Below, piece after piece: positions 1 through 9,979 of a DNA stretch of 64,000 nt (position 1 is its first letter; each line of letters begins with the position of its first letter). This stretch comes from Candidatus Iainarchaeum sp. (GTDB taxonomy: Archaea; Iainarchaeota; Iainarchaeia; Iainarchaeales; JAZDDZ01): positions 51,988-115,987 of the forward strand of contig JAZDDZ010000054.1 in assembly GCA_043809245.1 (NCBI GenBank), in the 5' to 3' direction. The notes beneath the pieces were generated by a model. It was not told the origin of the DNA and searched no databases. It saw nothing but the letters and a program-made list of their open reading frames with translations. Both the position numbers and the translations under genes were made by a program.

Positions 1-11
1 GAGACGAAAGG

Positions 12-662
12 ATGAGGGCACTCGATAAATGGGTTCCGCGGACAGAGTTGGGGAGAAAAGTCAAGGACAAGGAGATAAGCTCCCTTGAAGAGGTGTTCCA
101 GAAAAATTACAAGATAATGGAGCCGCAGATAGTCGACTCTCTTTTGGGCGATGTACATGAAAAAATGATTGGCTTTACCAAGACCACAAGGGTTATTGCA
201 GCTGGAAGGCAGTTTTCGTTCCGGGCAGCGGTTATTGTAGGGGATGGAAAGAGCTATGTCGGCGTTGGAACAGGAAAGGACCGCGAGAGATGGCCTGCAA
301 TAAGGAAAGCGGGAAAAAACGCAAAACTGCACTTGATTAAGGTAAGGAAAGGCTGCGGAAGCTGGGAGTGCACGTGCGGAACCTCGCATTCAGTGCCGTT
401 CAAAGTTGAGGGAAGTTCCAGTTCAGTCAGGGTAATACTTTACCCTGCGCCAAAGGGAACAGGCCTTGTGATAGGCGACAAGGTAAAGGATGTTTTAAGG
501 TTTGTCGGAATACGGGATGTCTGGAGCGACACAAGGGGCAGCACGGATACAACACTTGACTTTGTGCAGGCGACAATCAATGCTTTAAGCAAGACAACCT
601 CGATGAAGGTTTCAAATGACATCGAGGCAAAAACAAAGGGAAATGAAAGGGGAGAATACTAA
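12..662 (+). CDS. rpsE: 30S ribosomal protein uS5 (N-terminus may extend beyond window)
   Basis: WVPRTELGR and KGCGSWECTCG motifs of archaeal S5; position before L30-L15-secY. Confidence 0.96.
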   Translation: MRALDKWVPRTELGRKVKDKEISSLEEVFQKNYKIMEPQIVDSLLGDVHEKMIGFTKTTRVIAAGRQFSFRAAVIVGDGKSYVGVGTGKDRERWPAIRKAGKNAKLHLIKVRKGCGSWECTCGTSHSVPFKVEGSSSSVRVILYPAPKGTGLVIGDKVKDVLRFVGIRDVWSDTRGSTDTTLDFVQATINALSKTTSMKVSNDIEAKTKGNERGEY

Positions 663-1129
663 TGTTTGCAGTGATTAGAATCAGGGGCAGCGTTGACTTG
701 AATTCCGAGAAAAAGAAAACCCTCGAATTTCTCAGGCTTGACAGGGTAAACCATTTGGTGCTTGTGCCGCAGACAGCGAGCATAAAGGGAATGGTGAAAA
801 AAGTCGAGGACACAGTAACCTTTGGGGAAATAAACGATGAAACCATTGGAAAGCTGATTGAGAAAAGGGGAAGAATGCAGGGAGACAAGATTTTCGGGAC
901 AGCGGGCTTGAAGAAGGCAGCTGGCAAGGCAAAGGACTTCAAGGAATTGGGCCTGGCATTGCTGCAGGGAAGGGTTTCACTTAAAGAACTGGGTTTGAAG
1001 CCAGTGTTCAGGCTCAGGCCGCCGAGAAAAGGCTTTGAAAGAAAGGGAATAAAGAGAAACTTTTCAATCGGGGGCGCAGCAGGTTACAGGGGAACGGAAA
1101 TAAACAAATTAATCGAGAAAATGATTTAA
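662..1129 (+). CDS. rpmD: 50S ribosomal protein uL30 (archaeal long form)
   Basis: AVIRIRG start; FRLRPPRKGF..GYRG motif. Confidence 0.95.
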   Translation: MFAVIRIRGSVDLNSEKKKTLEFLRLDRVNHLVLVPQTASIKGMVKKVEDTVTFGEINDETIGKLIEKRGRMQGDKIFGTAGLKKAAGKAKDFKELGLALLQGRVSLKELGLKPVFRLRPPRKGFERKGIKRNFSIGGAAGYRGTEINKLIEKMI

Positions 1130-1154
1130 TGGAAAAATGCGTTTGGTGAAAAAA

Positions 1155-1652
1155 ATGACTGTAAGGAAGAGAAGAAAAGTAAACAAGATGCGCGGAAAAA
1201 GGCTGCATGGCGCCGGGGACACCAAGAACAGGCGCGGCTCTGGCTGCAGGGGCGGGGTAGGACGCGCGGGCAACCACAAGCACAAATTCACCAAATACTA
1301 CATGGAATTCGGGACAAAAATAACTCTGAAGGCAAAGCAAAAAGGCAAGGCAATCAACCTCGATGATTTGCAGAAAAACCTCGCGAAATGGATTGGCGAA
1401 AAAAAGGTTGAAAAGGCCTCGGGAACAATTGAGTTCGACGGAAAGAAAGTTGGCATTGCAAAAATCCTTTCAAGGGGAAGCATCAGCGAAAAAATTTCAT
1501 TCAAAAACGTTTCATTCAGCGAAAATGCAAGGCAAAAAGTGCTCGCTGCGGGCGGAAAAATCGAGGGCACGGCAAAAGAAGAAGGATTTGGCGAGGAAGA
1601 CGATGACTTTGAGGCAGCCGGGGAAAACGAAGAGGGAAAAGCGGAGAAGTGA
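1155..1652 (+). CDS. rplO: 50S ribosomal protein uL15
   Basis: RGKRLHGAG..RRGSGCRGGVGRAG motif; GGTGA SD before ATG 1155. Confidence 0.95.
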   Translation: MTVRKRRKVNKMRGKRLHGAGDTKNRRGSGCRGGVGRAGNHKHKFTKYYMEFGTKITLKAKQKGKAINLDDLQKNLAKWIGEKKVEKASGTIEFDGKKVGIAKILSRGSISEKISFKNVSFSENARQKVLAAGGKIEGTAKEEGFGEEDDDFEAAGENEEGKAEK

Positions 1653-1659
1653 AAATTGA

Positions 1660-3054
1660 ATGGGTTTCCTTGAATGGTTTGAACCGATTTACAGGCTTTT
1701 GCCCGAAGTAAAAAGCCCTGAAGTAAAGCCGACCCTGAAAAAAAGGCTGATGTGGACAGCACTTGCGCTTGTAATTTTTTACATAATGGGAAACATCCAG
1801 GTTATTGGGATAACCGCTTCATCTGCAGGGCAGCTTGAGCAACTGCAGGTAATACTTGCATCCGAAATAGGAACACTGATTACGGTTGGAATTGGCCCAA
1901 TTGTTTTGGCTTCAATTATTCTGCAGCTTTTGATTGGAGGCGGCCTGATTGACGCGGACTTGACTGACCCGAAAACAAAGGCAAGGTTCACTTCAATGCA
2001 GAAACTCATGGCCATAGTGCTCTGCTTTTTTGAGTCAGCAATTTACGTCTTAAGCGGATTCATTGCCCCTGACCCGGGAATGCTTCTGTTTGTCGTATTA
2101 CAGATTTCCTTGGGCGCAATATTATTGATTTACCTTGATGAAGTTGTTTCAAAGTACGGCATTGGTTCAGGCATTGGATTGTTCATTGCGGCAAACGTCG
2201 CGGGAAGCGTGTTCTGGAGGGTTTTCGCTCCGCCAATCGCTTTACAGGGCCAGCTCGCGGGCGGAATTTTAAGCCAGTTCATTGACTCTGTCGCAAGCGG
2301 AAGCATTAACCTGATAATATTGCTGCCGTTGCTTTTCACGTTAATTGTTTTTGTCGTGGTAACATTCGCGGAAGGAATGCATGTGAACATTCCGCTCACG
2401 ATGGGCCCTCGCGGAGTGGGCGGAAGGTTTCCCGTCAAATTCCTTTACGTTTCAAACATTCCAGTCATACTTGCAGCAGCGCTATTCGCTAATTTGCGGC
2501 TGTGGGCAGAGTTCACTAAAACCGTGCCAGTATTGGGGTATGTGTTAAATGGAGTTGCTACAATTGTTGTCGCGCCTTACGGCCTGATTGAAAAAATGCT
2601 TTTACAGGGAGTTTCATTTGACGTTTTCGGGCAAATGCTTGACAGCATATTGAAATTACAGATAATAGGGCTTGGAGGCGAAATAATACACGCGATCCTC
2701 TACATAATTATTTTGACTGTGCTTTGTGTTGTTTTCGGAAAATTCTGGGTTGACATGGGCGGACAGGGCACTGAAGCCGTGAGCAACCAATTGCAGAAAG
2801 CGGGAATGAGCATCCCAGGTTTCAGGAAGGACCCGCGCATTATAAGGAAAGTGCTTGAAAGGTACATTCCCCCTGTAACTGTTTTGGGCTCGATTTTCGT
2901 GGGGTTGCTTGCTGGCTTTGCGGACTTGACAGGCGCGCTTGGCTCAGGCACAGGCATACTGCTAACGGTTGGAATTGTTTACAGGCTTTACGAGGACCTT
3001 GCAAAAGAGCAGGTTGCGGAAATGTACCCAATGCTTGGAAGGTTTTTCACTTGA
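1660..3054 (+). CDS. secY: Preprotein translocase SecY
   Basis: GIGPIVLASIILQLL, YGIGSGIGLFI, YVSNIPVIL, GTGILLTV motifs; multiple TM helices. Confidence 0.98.
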   Translation: MGFLEWFEPIYRLLPEVKSPEVKPTLKKRLMWTALALVIFYIMGNIQVIGITASSAGQLEQLQVILASEIGTLITVGIGPIVLASIILQLLIGGGLIDADLTDPKTKARFTSMQKLMAIVLCFFESAIYVLSGFIAPDPGMLLFVVLQISLGAILLIYLDEVVSKYGIGSGIGLFIAANVAGSVFWRVFAPPIALQGQLAGGILSQFIDSVASGSINLIILLPLLFTLIVFVVVTFAEGMHVNIPLTMGPRGVGGRFPVKFLYVSNIPVILAAALFANLRLWAEFTKTVPVLGYVLNGVATIVVAPYGLIEKMLLQGVSFDVFGQMLDSILKLQIIGLGGEIIHAILYIIILTVLCVVFGKFWVDMGGQGTEAVSNQLQKAGMSIPGFRKDPRIIRKVLERYIPPVTVLGSIFVGLLAGFADLTGALGSGTGILLTVGIVYRLYEDLAKEQVAEMYPMLGRFFT

Positions 3055-3202
3055 ACGAGGAAGGGGAATTGATTGGAATAAGGGAAATTTTTAATGAAAG
3101 GGGCATGGGTTTAATAATGAATGGCAGCAAAAATAATTATACGCAAATAACGCCATTTTGCTTCAAATCCCCCGTTAAATGGCTTAAAAAGGTGGTTTGC
3201 TG

Positions 3203-3691
3203 ATGGTTATTTTCTCCCCAATCATAGACATTGCATTGGTTGCCTTTGGCTTGGCATTGGTTTCAATGGTCCTGCAGGTGAAGCTTTTCAAGAAAAGGGA
3301 GAAGGCATTAATTCAGAAAAAAATCAAGGAAATACAGAAAAAAATAAGCGAGCTCACAAAAAAAGGCGGGGACAAAAAGGAAATTGACAGGCTGCAGGAG
3401 GAAATGTTAAAGCTGTTGAACGAGCAGATGAAGGACATGCCAAAGCAGATGATTGTCTCAATGATAATCTTCCTTCCCCCATTTTACTTCATCCGCGAAA
3501 TTTACGGAAACAGCATTCACATGCTGCATCCTTTCGGCCTTGACATACCCCTTTTTGGAACAACAATGGGCTGGTTTGAGGTGTACATAATTTGCTCGCT
3601 TATCTCGAGCCTTGTGCTGAATGCAATTGTTGACGCTTACGAGAAAAATAAAGTAAAAAATGAAAACGGAAACAAAATTGTTAAGGGATAA
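3203..3691 (+). CDS. DUF106 / EMC3-TMCO1 (Oxa1 superfamily) membrane protein
   Basis: TM-coiled coil-TM-TM layout, GWFxxYIICS; canonical position between secY and L34e. Confidence 0.85.
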   Translation: MVIFSPIIDIALVAFGLALVSMVLQVKLFKKREKALIQKKIKEIQKKISELTKKGGDKKEIDRLQEEMLKLLNEQMKDMPKQMIVSMIIFLPPFYFIREIYGNSIHMLHPFGLDIPLFGTTMGWFEVYIICSLISSLVLNAIVDAYEKNKVKNENGNKIVKG

Positions 3692-4036
3692 TTGATGCCG
3701 AGAAGAAGCCAAAGGTCAAAGAGCAAAAAGTTCAGGAAGACTCCTGGGGGAAAAACAAAGACGCATTACTTTAAGGGCAAGGGAAGCAAGCACGAGTGCG
3801 CTTCATGCGGAAAGCAATTGCACGGAGTGCCGCATTCAAGGAAAAACTTTGAGGTAAGGAACCTTTCGAAAAGCCAGAGAAGGCCAAGCGCATTGTTCGG
3901 CGGCGTGCTCTGCGGAAAATGCAGGCGCATTGTTGTAGAGGAAACCGCAAAAGTAAAGCACGGATTGAAGGAAGCGGGGGATGTTTCGCTTTCGTTGAAA
4001 AAATTCGTGGAACAGGCAATGAAAAAAGTTGATTAA
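3692..4036 (+). CDS. rpl34e: 50S ribosomal protein eL34
   Basis: KTPGGK, CxxC..RPSALFGGVLCxxC. Confidence 0.95.
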   Translation: MMPRRSQRSKSKKFRKTPGGKTKTHYFKGKGSKHECASCGKQLHGVPHSRKNFEVRNLSKSQRRPSALFGGVLCGKCRRIVVEETAKVKHGLKEAGDVSLSLKKFVEQAMKKVD

Positions 4037-4040
4037 GGGA

Positions 4041-4274
4041 ATGTTTATGGCTGGAGCAATAGAGATTGGAAGCATTTGCGTTAAGACCACTGGCAGAAGC
4101 GCGGGAAAAACCGCTGTAGTGGTTGACTTTGACAAGGAAGGCTTTGCGGTTATTGACGGCACTGCGCTGAAAAGAAAAAAATGCAATATAAGGCATTTAT
4201 TGCCCACTGGAAAAAAAGTTGAGATAAAAAAAGGCGCCTCGCACGAAGAAGTGGTTAAAAAATTAAAGGGGTAA
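4041..4274 (+). CDS. rpl14e: 50S ribosomal protein eL14
   Basis: IGSICVKTTGRSAGK..NIRHLLPT motif. Confidence 0.93.
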   Translation: MFMAGAIEIGSICVKTTGRSAGKTAVVVDFDKEGFAVIDGTALKRKKCNIRHLLPTGKKVEIKKGASHEEVVKKLKG

Positions 4275-4283
4275 TTGGTTTTT

Positions 4284-4913
4284 ATGGCTGAAGAAAAACA
4301 GGAAAAGAAAGGCGCACAGCAGAAAGACGGGGGCCAGCGCCAGCACAAGCAGCCTTACTCAAAAGACCTGAGGCTCAGGGCAAGGGACACAGAAGACAAG
4401 GATGTTAGGTACATTGTCAGAATTGCGGGAAAGGACCTTGACGGAAGCCTTCCGGTTTACCATGCGGTTCAGTCAATTAAGGGAATAGGCCAGAGAATGG
4501 GAAAAATAATCGCATTTGCGTTTGAAAAGGAATCAGGCATTGGCTCTGAAACTCCTTTGGGAAAAATTCCCGAAGACAAGGACAAGGCATTGGAGGAAAT
4601 AGTTCTGCATCCCGAGAAATTCGGGGCGCCTTCATGGACACTTAACAAGCGCAGGGACTTTGAAACAGGCTTGGACTGGCACCCTGTAATGAACGACTGG
4701 GATTTTGGAATAAGAAAAGACGTGCAGAGAATGGCGGAGACAAAATCTTACAAGGGATTAAGGCACATGTGGGGCCAGCCAGTGAGAGGGCAAAGGACAA
4801 AGAGCACGCACAGGGGCAAAGGCCCTGTTGTAGGGGTAATGAAGAAAGACGCAGGCAAGCCAGGCGCCGCGGCAGCACCCGGGGCAAAAGGCGAAAAGGA
4901 AAAAAAGAAATAA
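4284..4913 (+). CDS. rpsM: 30S ribosomal protein uS13
   Basis: YIVRIAGKDLDG; SYKGLRH..GQPVRGQRTK. Confidence 0.96.
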   Translation: MAEEKQEKKGAQQKDGGQRQHKQPYSKDLRLRARDTEDKDVRYIVRIAGKDLDGSLPVYHAVQSIKGIGQRMGKIIAFAFEKESGIGSETPLGKIPEDKDKALEEIVLHPEKFGAPSWTLNKRRDFETGLDWHPVMNDWDFGIRKDVQRMAETKSYKGLRHMWGQPVRGQRTKSTHRGKGPVVGVMKKDAGKPGAAAAPGAKGEKEKKK

Positions 4914-4923
4914 AAAAAGGAGC

Positions 4924-5011
4924 TAAGATGAAATAAAAATCTGCGGAGGAAGGGGGTCAGGAAGACCCTGAAACTGGGGGGAAACCCTAGGTTTCCCGCG
5001 GTTTGGAAGGA
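4924..5011 (+). repeat. Structured intergenic repeat element, copy 1 (S13-S4 junction)
   Basis: Homologous to 28237-28324 and 33959-34046; hairpin AAACTG..GGGAAACC-CTA-GGTTTCCC..CGGTTT (4971-5004). Confidence 0.85.
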
Positions 5012-5030
5012 AAAGAAAAAGTGATGATTT

Positions 5031-5663
5031 ATGGGCGACCCGAAAAAAACCTCAAGGCAGTATGAAAGGCCGAAAAAAAGATGGCAGAAGCAGAGGATAG
5101 AGAGCGAGAAGAAGATACTTGAAATCTACGGCCTGAAAAACAAAAGGGAATTAAGGAGAGCCGAGACAATTTTAAGGAAGAAAAGGCAGAGCGCAAGAAA
5201 GCTCCTTGCATTGCCTTTGGAGAAAAGGGAGAAAAAGGAACGCGAACTCGTTGAAAGCCTGATTAGAATGGGGCTGTTCAAGGCAAAGGCAACAGCCGAC
5301 GACATCTTAAGCCTTTCAATTGAGGAACTTCTTGAGAGAAGGCTGCAGACAATCATCTGGAGAAAAAACCTGGCAAAGACAGTCAAGCAGGCAAGGCAGT
5401 TCATCGCCCATGGGCACATTGCGGTTAACGGAGTAAAGACAACAAGCCCGAGCTACATTGTAAGGCACGGCGAAGAGGCAAAAATAGCCTATTACAAGAG
5501 GCCGATAATGCTTGAACCCCCAAAAAAAGACTCAAAGGAAAAAATGAAGAAAGCATTCGAGGAAGCAGCGCCCGCAGCAATTGAAGCCGCAGAGGAAGCA
5601 AAGGCAGGGGCAGTTGAAGCCGCGGCTGAAAAGAAAGAAACTCCTGTGGAGGCAAAGCAATGA
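5031..5663 (+). CDS. rpsD: 30S ribosomal protein uS4
   Basis: MGDPKK start; YGLKNKRE; [18 protein letters not shown]. Confidence 0.97.
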   Translation: MGDPKKTSRQYERPKKRWQKQRIESEKKILEIYGLKNKRELRRAETILRKKRQSARKLLALPLEKREKKERELVESLIRMGLFKAKATADDILSLSIEELLERRLQTIIWRKNLAKTVKQARQFIAHGHIAVNGVKTTSPSYIVRHGEEAKIAYYKRPIMLEPPKKDSKEKMKKAFEEAAPAAIEAAEEAKAGAVEAAAEKKETPVEAKQ

Positions 5664-6052
5664 GCGACAAAATAAAGCGCGGAATAATCCACATTTACGC
5701 ATCGCACAACAACACAATTATTTTGCTTACAGACCCCACTGGAGCGGAAACGATTGCAAAGTGCTCCGGGGGCATGGTTGTAAAGGCACAGCACAAAGAG
5801 GGCTCCCCTTATGCTGCAATGAAGGTAGCGGAAATCGTGGCGGAAAAGGCAAGGGAAAAAGGGATAACTAATGTCAAGATAAGGGTCAGGGCACAGGGAG
5901 GCATCAAGCCCCGTTCACCAGGCCAGGGCGCCGAGGCCGCAATTGTTTCGCTTACAAGGCACGGAATGATGATAGAGGACATTGAAAATGTCACGCCTTT
6001 GCCTCACGACGGCTGCAGGAGAAAAAAAAGGAACAGGAGCAAAAAAACTTAA
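5660..6052 (+). CDS. rpsK: 30S ribosomal protein uS11
   Basis: HIYASHNNT; SPYAAM; TPLPHDGCR. Confidence 0.97.
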   Translation: MSDKIKRGIIHIYASHNNTIILLTDPTGAETIAKCSGGMVVKAQHKEGSPYAAMKVAEIVAEKAREKGITNVKIRVRAQGGIKPRSPGQGAEAAIVSLTRHGMMIEDIENVTPLPHDGCRRKKRNRSKKT

Positions 6053-6090
6053 TTGCAAATAAAAATGCATGAAAATTATTTGAAGGTGAA

Positions 6091-6672
6091 ATGAAAATGG
6101 AAGTAAAAGTTGTTTCGGATAAGGGCGCAATGCTGAAGTTCTCGGTTAAGGGAACTGATTCCGCGTTCGCGAACGCGTTGAGGAGAACTGTAATGAACAA
6201 CGTGCCGGTTTTCGCGATAGAGGATGTCTCGTTTTACGAGAACAGCGGCGTGGTATTCGATGAAATGCTTGCGCACAGGCTTGCACTGCTGCCAATCAAA
6301 ATGGATTTAAAGCACTACAAGGAAGGCGAAAGCGTCACAATGATGCTTGAAAAGGAAGGCCCTGGAATGGTGTACAGCAAGGACGTGAAAAGCACTGACC
6401 CCAAAATAGAGGTCATAGACAAAAGGATTCCCCTCACAAAGCTCAAAAAAGGGCAGAAGCTAAAGATTGAAATGAAGGCAGTGGCTGGAGTGGGAAAAGA
6501 GCACGCCAAATGGCAGCCCGCAATAATCGCTTACGAACAGCACGGCGAGGACGCATTCACTTTCATGATGGAAAGCCACGGCAACCTCGACAACGGGGAA
6601 ACAGTGAAGGCGGCAGTTGAAAGGTTAAGGGAGAAAACCGCGGAATTCAAGAAAGCATTAAAAGACATCTGA
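6091..6672 (+). CDS. rpoD: DNA-directed RNA polymerase subunit D (Rpo3), short form without Fe-S domain
   Basis: ANALRR, DEMLAHRLALLP, GKEHAKWQP. Confidence 0.95.
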   Translation: MKMEVKVVSDKGAMLKFSVKGTDSAFANALRRTVMNNVPVFAIEDVSFYENSGVVFDEMLAHRLALLPIKMDLKHYKEGESVTMMLEKEGPGMVYSKDVKSTDPKIEVIDKRIPLTKLKKGQKLKIEMKAVAGVGKEHAKWQPAIIAYEQHGEDAFTFMMESHGNLDNGETVKAAVERLREKTAEFKKALKDI

Positions 6673-6693
6673 GGTGGAAGATAGTTAGGCAAT

Positions 6694-6829
6694 GCAGGGG
6701 TACCGAAGCGGCTAAACGGGCGGGACTTAAGATGCTTGCAGGAAAAATTGCAATTGTTTTTTTTAAGCAGAAAAGCGGAGGAAATCCCGTGGCTTAGTGC
6801 CTTCAGCGGTTCGAATCCGCTCCCCTGCA
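6694..6829 (+). tRNA. tRNA-Leu(TAA) with 52-nt intron at 37/38 (6732-6783)
   Basis: Acceptor GCAGGGG/CCCCTGC+A; anticodon arm CGGGA-CTTAAG..A-TCCCG; T-arm GGTTCGAATCC; long variable arm; usual rpoD-L18e position. Confidence 0.93.
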
Positions 6830-6872
6830 AAAAAAAACCATTAAAAGGAAAAATGAAAAAAAGTGAAATGAA

Positions 6873-7241
6873 ATGAAGAGAACAGGCCCCACCAAGAAAA
6901 GCATGAGAGAGCTTGTCGTTGCCTTTGAAAAAAAAGGCAAAAAGGAAAAGCAGGCAATCTGGCTAAGGGTATCGAAAATGGTTAACGCGCCCAGAAGGAA
7001 AAGGGCAGAGGTAAGCCTCTGGCGCATTGAAGGCCTGGCGAAAAAAGCAAAGGGAAAAACGCTTGTGGTTGCGGGAAAGGTAATAGGCTCGGGCGCGCTC
7101 GGCGAAAAAATGAGCATCGCGGCGCTTGAATTCAGTTCCGGGGCAAAAAAAGCAATTGAAGATGCAAAGGGAAAGACCATTGACTTGGCGCAGTATGTCA
7201 CTGAAAAAGTGAATGCCGCGGAATTAAAGTTAGTGAAATGA
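6873..7241 (+). CDS. rpl18e: 50S ribosomal protein eL18
   Basis: IW..RRKRAEVSL; VVAGKVIGSG; AALEFS. Confidence 0.94.
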   Translation: MKRTGPTKKSMRELVVAFEKKGKKEKQAIWLRVSKMVNAPRRKRAEVSLWRIEGLAKKAKGKTLVVAGKVIGSGALGEKMSIAALEFSSGAKKAIEDAKGKTIDLAQYVTEKVNAAELKLVK

Positions 7242-7251
7242 GAAAAAGGTT

Positions 7252-7692
7252 TTGATGCTTATGGACGGAGAAGTAATTGATGGCACGAATGCCGTGCTTG
7301 GAAGGCTTTCATCGATTGTGGCATCAAAGGCGCTTAAGGGAGAAAAGGTCCTGATAGTGAATGCGGAAAAAATAGTGGTTAGCGGGAAAAAGGAGATTCA
7401 CTTTGCGGATTTCCAGCACAAGATTGACCTGAAGTCAAAGGGAAACCCGAGGAAAGGCCCGAAGTATTCGAGGACTCCGCATAAAATGGTTAAGAAAACA
7501 ATTGAGGGAATGATGCCCAACAGCAGGAGAGGCGAAAAAGCGATAAAAAACGTAAGGGTATTCATCGGCGTGCCGGAAGAGCTCAAGGGAAAGGAAAACG
7601 AAATAAAAAAGCTGCCGGGAACGGAAAGGAAGTTCAAGGCAAAATACATTACGATTGGCGAGTTAAGCGAACACTTTGGAATGAAATGGTGA
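7252..7692 (+). CDS. rplM: 50S ribosomal protein uL13
   Basis: IDGTNAVLGRLSS; VNAEKIVVSG; GPKYSRTP. Confidence 0.95.
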   Translation: MMLMDGEVIDGTNAVLGRLSSIVASKALKGEKVLIVNAEKIVVSGKKEIHFADFQHKIDLKSKGNPRKGPKYSRTPHKMVKKTIEGMMPNSRRGEKAIKNVRVFIGVPEELKGKENEIKKLPGTERKFKAKYITIGELSEHFGMKW

Positions 7693-7696
7693 AAAT

Positions 7697-8122
7697 ATGC
7701 CGAAAAAGAAAAGAAAATCAAAGGCAAAGGGAATCCATGTAAAGGCAAAGAAAAAGGAGGCCGTTGCAAGGGCGACAATAAAGGCCGGAAAAGGCATCGT
7801 GAAAGTAAACCACCTGGCAATTGACGCGATTACCCCGCACTACGTGCATGAACTTATTAAGGAACCAATTTACATTGCAGGGGACTTGTGCAACGGAGTT
7901 GACATAATTGTTGAGGTAAGGGGCGGGGGATTCATGGGCCAGGCGATTGCAGCAAGGGGCGCAATTGCAAAGGCACTGGTTGAATTCACGGGTGACGAAA
8001 AACTCCGCAAAACTTTTATGAATTATGACAGGCTATTGCTTGTGGATGACGCGAGAAGAGTGGAATCCAAGAAGCCGCTTGGTCCAAAGGCAAGGGCAAA
8101 GAAGCAGAAAAGCAAAAGATGA
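7697..8122 (+). CDS. rpsI: 30S ribosomal protein uS9
   Basis: GGGFMGQA; YDRLLLVDDARRVESKK..ARAKKQKSKR. Confidence 0.96.
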   Translation: MPKKKRKSKAKGIHVKAKKKEAVARATIKAGKGIVKVNHLAIDAITPHYVHELIKEPIYIAGDLCNGVDIIVEVRGGGFMGQAIAARGAIAKALVEFTGDEKLRKTFMNYDRLLLVDDARRVESKKPLGPKARAKKQKSKR

Positions 8123-8152
8123 CGAAAGGGTTTTTTTAGGGGTGAAAGGAAA

Positions 8153-8350
8153 ATGATTGTTCCAATAAGGTGTTTTTCATGTGGAAAAGTCCTGGCACAG
8201 GACTACGAGGAATACGTGAAAAGGACCTCTGAAAAAAAGGAGACACCGGAAAAAGTGCTCGACGAACTGGGCATTAAAAGGTATTGCTGCAGGCGCACGA
8301 TTTTCTCGCACGTCGACTTAATCGACGAGATAATGAAGTACAACGTTTAA
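8153..8350 (+). CDS. rpoN: RNA polymerase subunit N (Rpo10)
   Basis: [15 protein letters not shown]. Confidence 0.97.
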   Translation: MIVPIRCFSCGKVLAQDYEEYVKRTSEKKETPEKVLDELGIKRYCCRRTIFSHVDLIDEIMKYNV

Positions 8351-8374
8351 CGGTTTAACAGACGGTGAAAAAAA

Positions 8375-9133
8375 ATGGCTGAAAAATCCAAGGCATTAAT
8401 TGAAGGGGACAGGTATCTGCAGAGCGGAATACACATCGGCACAAGGTTCAAGAGCGGGGAAATGCGAAGATTCATTTACCGCGTAAGAAAGGACGGATTG
8501 AATGTATTCGACATCTCAACCGTTGATGAAAAAATAGCTGTTGCGGCAAAATTCATTGCACAGTTCCCAAATGAAAGGATTGCGGTTGTGGCTAGAAAGC
8601 TTTACGCTTCAACCCCTGTGAAATCATTCGCTGACGCCATCGGCGCAAAGGCATTCACTGCAAGGTTTGTGCCCGGCACTTTCACCAACCCCACTTCAAA
8701 AATATTCTTCGAGCCAAGGGTTGTAATTGTAACCGAATCAGAGCCGGATTCACAGGCAATAGAGGAGGCAACACGCATTAAGGTGCCGGTTGTCGCGCTA
8801 TGCAGCACAAACAACTCAACAAAAAACGTGGACATAGTTGTCCCGATGAACAACAAGGGAAGGAAAAGCCTTGCACTGGCCTACTGGCTGCTTGCAACGG
8901 AAATACTCAAGGCAAAAGGCGAAATCAAGGCGGATACTGATTTTCCAAAAACTCCGGAAGACTTTGAATACAAGCTGAAAGAAGGCGACATACAGGAAGG
9001 CGAGGACTCAGGCTATGATGAAAGAGGCCGCGGAAGAAGAAGCGGATTCAAAGGCAAAATGACCGGAAGGCCAGGCCTAAAGAGGGGCAAGCCTGAAAGC
9101 GGAAGAACTAACACCAGAAGAAAGAGAGACTAA
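8375..9133 (+). CDS. rpsB: 30S ribosomal protein uS2 (with R/G-rich C-tail)
   Basis: YLQSGIHIGT; RFVPGTFTNP; PMNNKGRKSLA. Confidence 0.96.
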   Translation: MAEKSKALIEGDRYLQSGIHIGTRFKSGEMRRFIYRVRKDGLNVFDISTVDEKIAVAAKFIAQFPNERIAVVARKLYASTPVKSFADAIGAKAFTARFVPGTFTNPTSKIFFEPRVVIVTESEPDSQAIEEATRIKVPVVALCSTNNSTKNVDIVVPMNNKGRKSLALAYWLLATEILKAKGEIKADTDFPKTPEDFEYKLKEGDIQEGEDSGYDERGRGRRSGFKGKMTGRPGLKRGKPESGRTNTRRKRD

Positions 9134-9951
9134 TGGCTCAAGCAACCCGTGAAGCTGCTGTCGCAGGGCAGTTTTATCCCCGCGACAGGGAATTACTAAA
9201 AAAGCAGATTTCTGATTTTATTTCAAAAGCAAAAAAGTCCGGGCAAAAAGAAAAAAGCAGCGCAGTTATAGCGCCGCATGCAGGGCTTATTTATTCGGGG
9301 CAGACAGCGGCTTATTCATTCAATGCCCTACAAGCTGCGGAAACATTTCTCATTGTTTCGCCGAACCACACAGGCGTGGGGGAAAGAATAAGCGTTTTTC
9401 CCGCGGGAAAATGGGAAATGCCCTTGGGCGAAATTGAAATTGATTGGAAGCTAAGCGAAAAAATCTGCTTGGAATTGGGAATTGAACCTGATGAAAGCGC
9501 GCACATAGGCGAGCACTCGATTGAAGTGCAGCTTCCGTTTCTCCAATTCGTTTACGGAAACAAATTTAGGCTCGTTGCAATAACCATCGCGGAGAACAGG
9601 CTGCGGGAACTGAAAAAACTCGGGGAGGCGATTGCCAATGCATGCAAGGGCGAAAGCGTTTCCCTAATTGCCTCAAGCGATTTCAGCCACTTCATTCCGC
9701 TTAAAGCCGCAAAAAAAAGGGATTCGGAGGCAATTGGCTTCATTGAAAGGATTGACTTGGACGGATTCCACAAAACGGTTTTGGAAAAGTATTACAGCAT
9801 CTGCGGCTTTGCCCCGATAACCGCGCTGATGCATTGCTGCAAAATAAACGGGTTCAAGGGCGCTGAACTTTTGCGCTATGACTCCAGCGCAACTGAGAGC
9901 GGCGATGAGGGAAGCGTTGTCGGTTACGCGGCAATCAAATTTTTAAAGTAA
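9133..9951 (+). CDS. amrB: MEMO1 family protein (AmmeMemoRadiSam protein B)
   Basis: VAGQFYP; PHAG..YSG; EHSIEVQLPFLQ; SSDFSH; VVGYAA. Confidence 0.93.
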   Translation: MAQATREAAVAGQFYPRDRELLKKQISDFISKAKKSGQKEKSSAVIAPHAGLIYSGQTAAYSFNALQAAETFLIVSPNHTGVGERISVFPAGKWEMPLGEIEIDWKLSEKICLELGIEPDESAHIGEHSIEVQLPFLQFVYGNKFRLVAITIAENRLRELKKLGEAIANACKGESVSLIASSDFSHFIPLKAAKKRDSEAIGFIERIDLDGFHKTVLEKYYSICGFAPITALMHCCKINGFKGAELLRYDSSATESGDEGSVVGYAAIKFLK

Positions 9952-9979
9952 AAGCCGCTTATTTATTCGGCGGATACGA

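Noticed and set aside
4924-5030. Repeat element as C/D-box or H/ACA guide RNA, or group II intron domain V
   Set aside because: C/D-like boxes are not kept in copy 2, there is no ACA tail or K-turn, and it lacks the AGC/CGC triad and D5 helix geometry.
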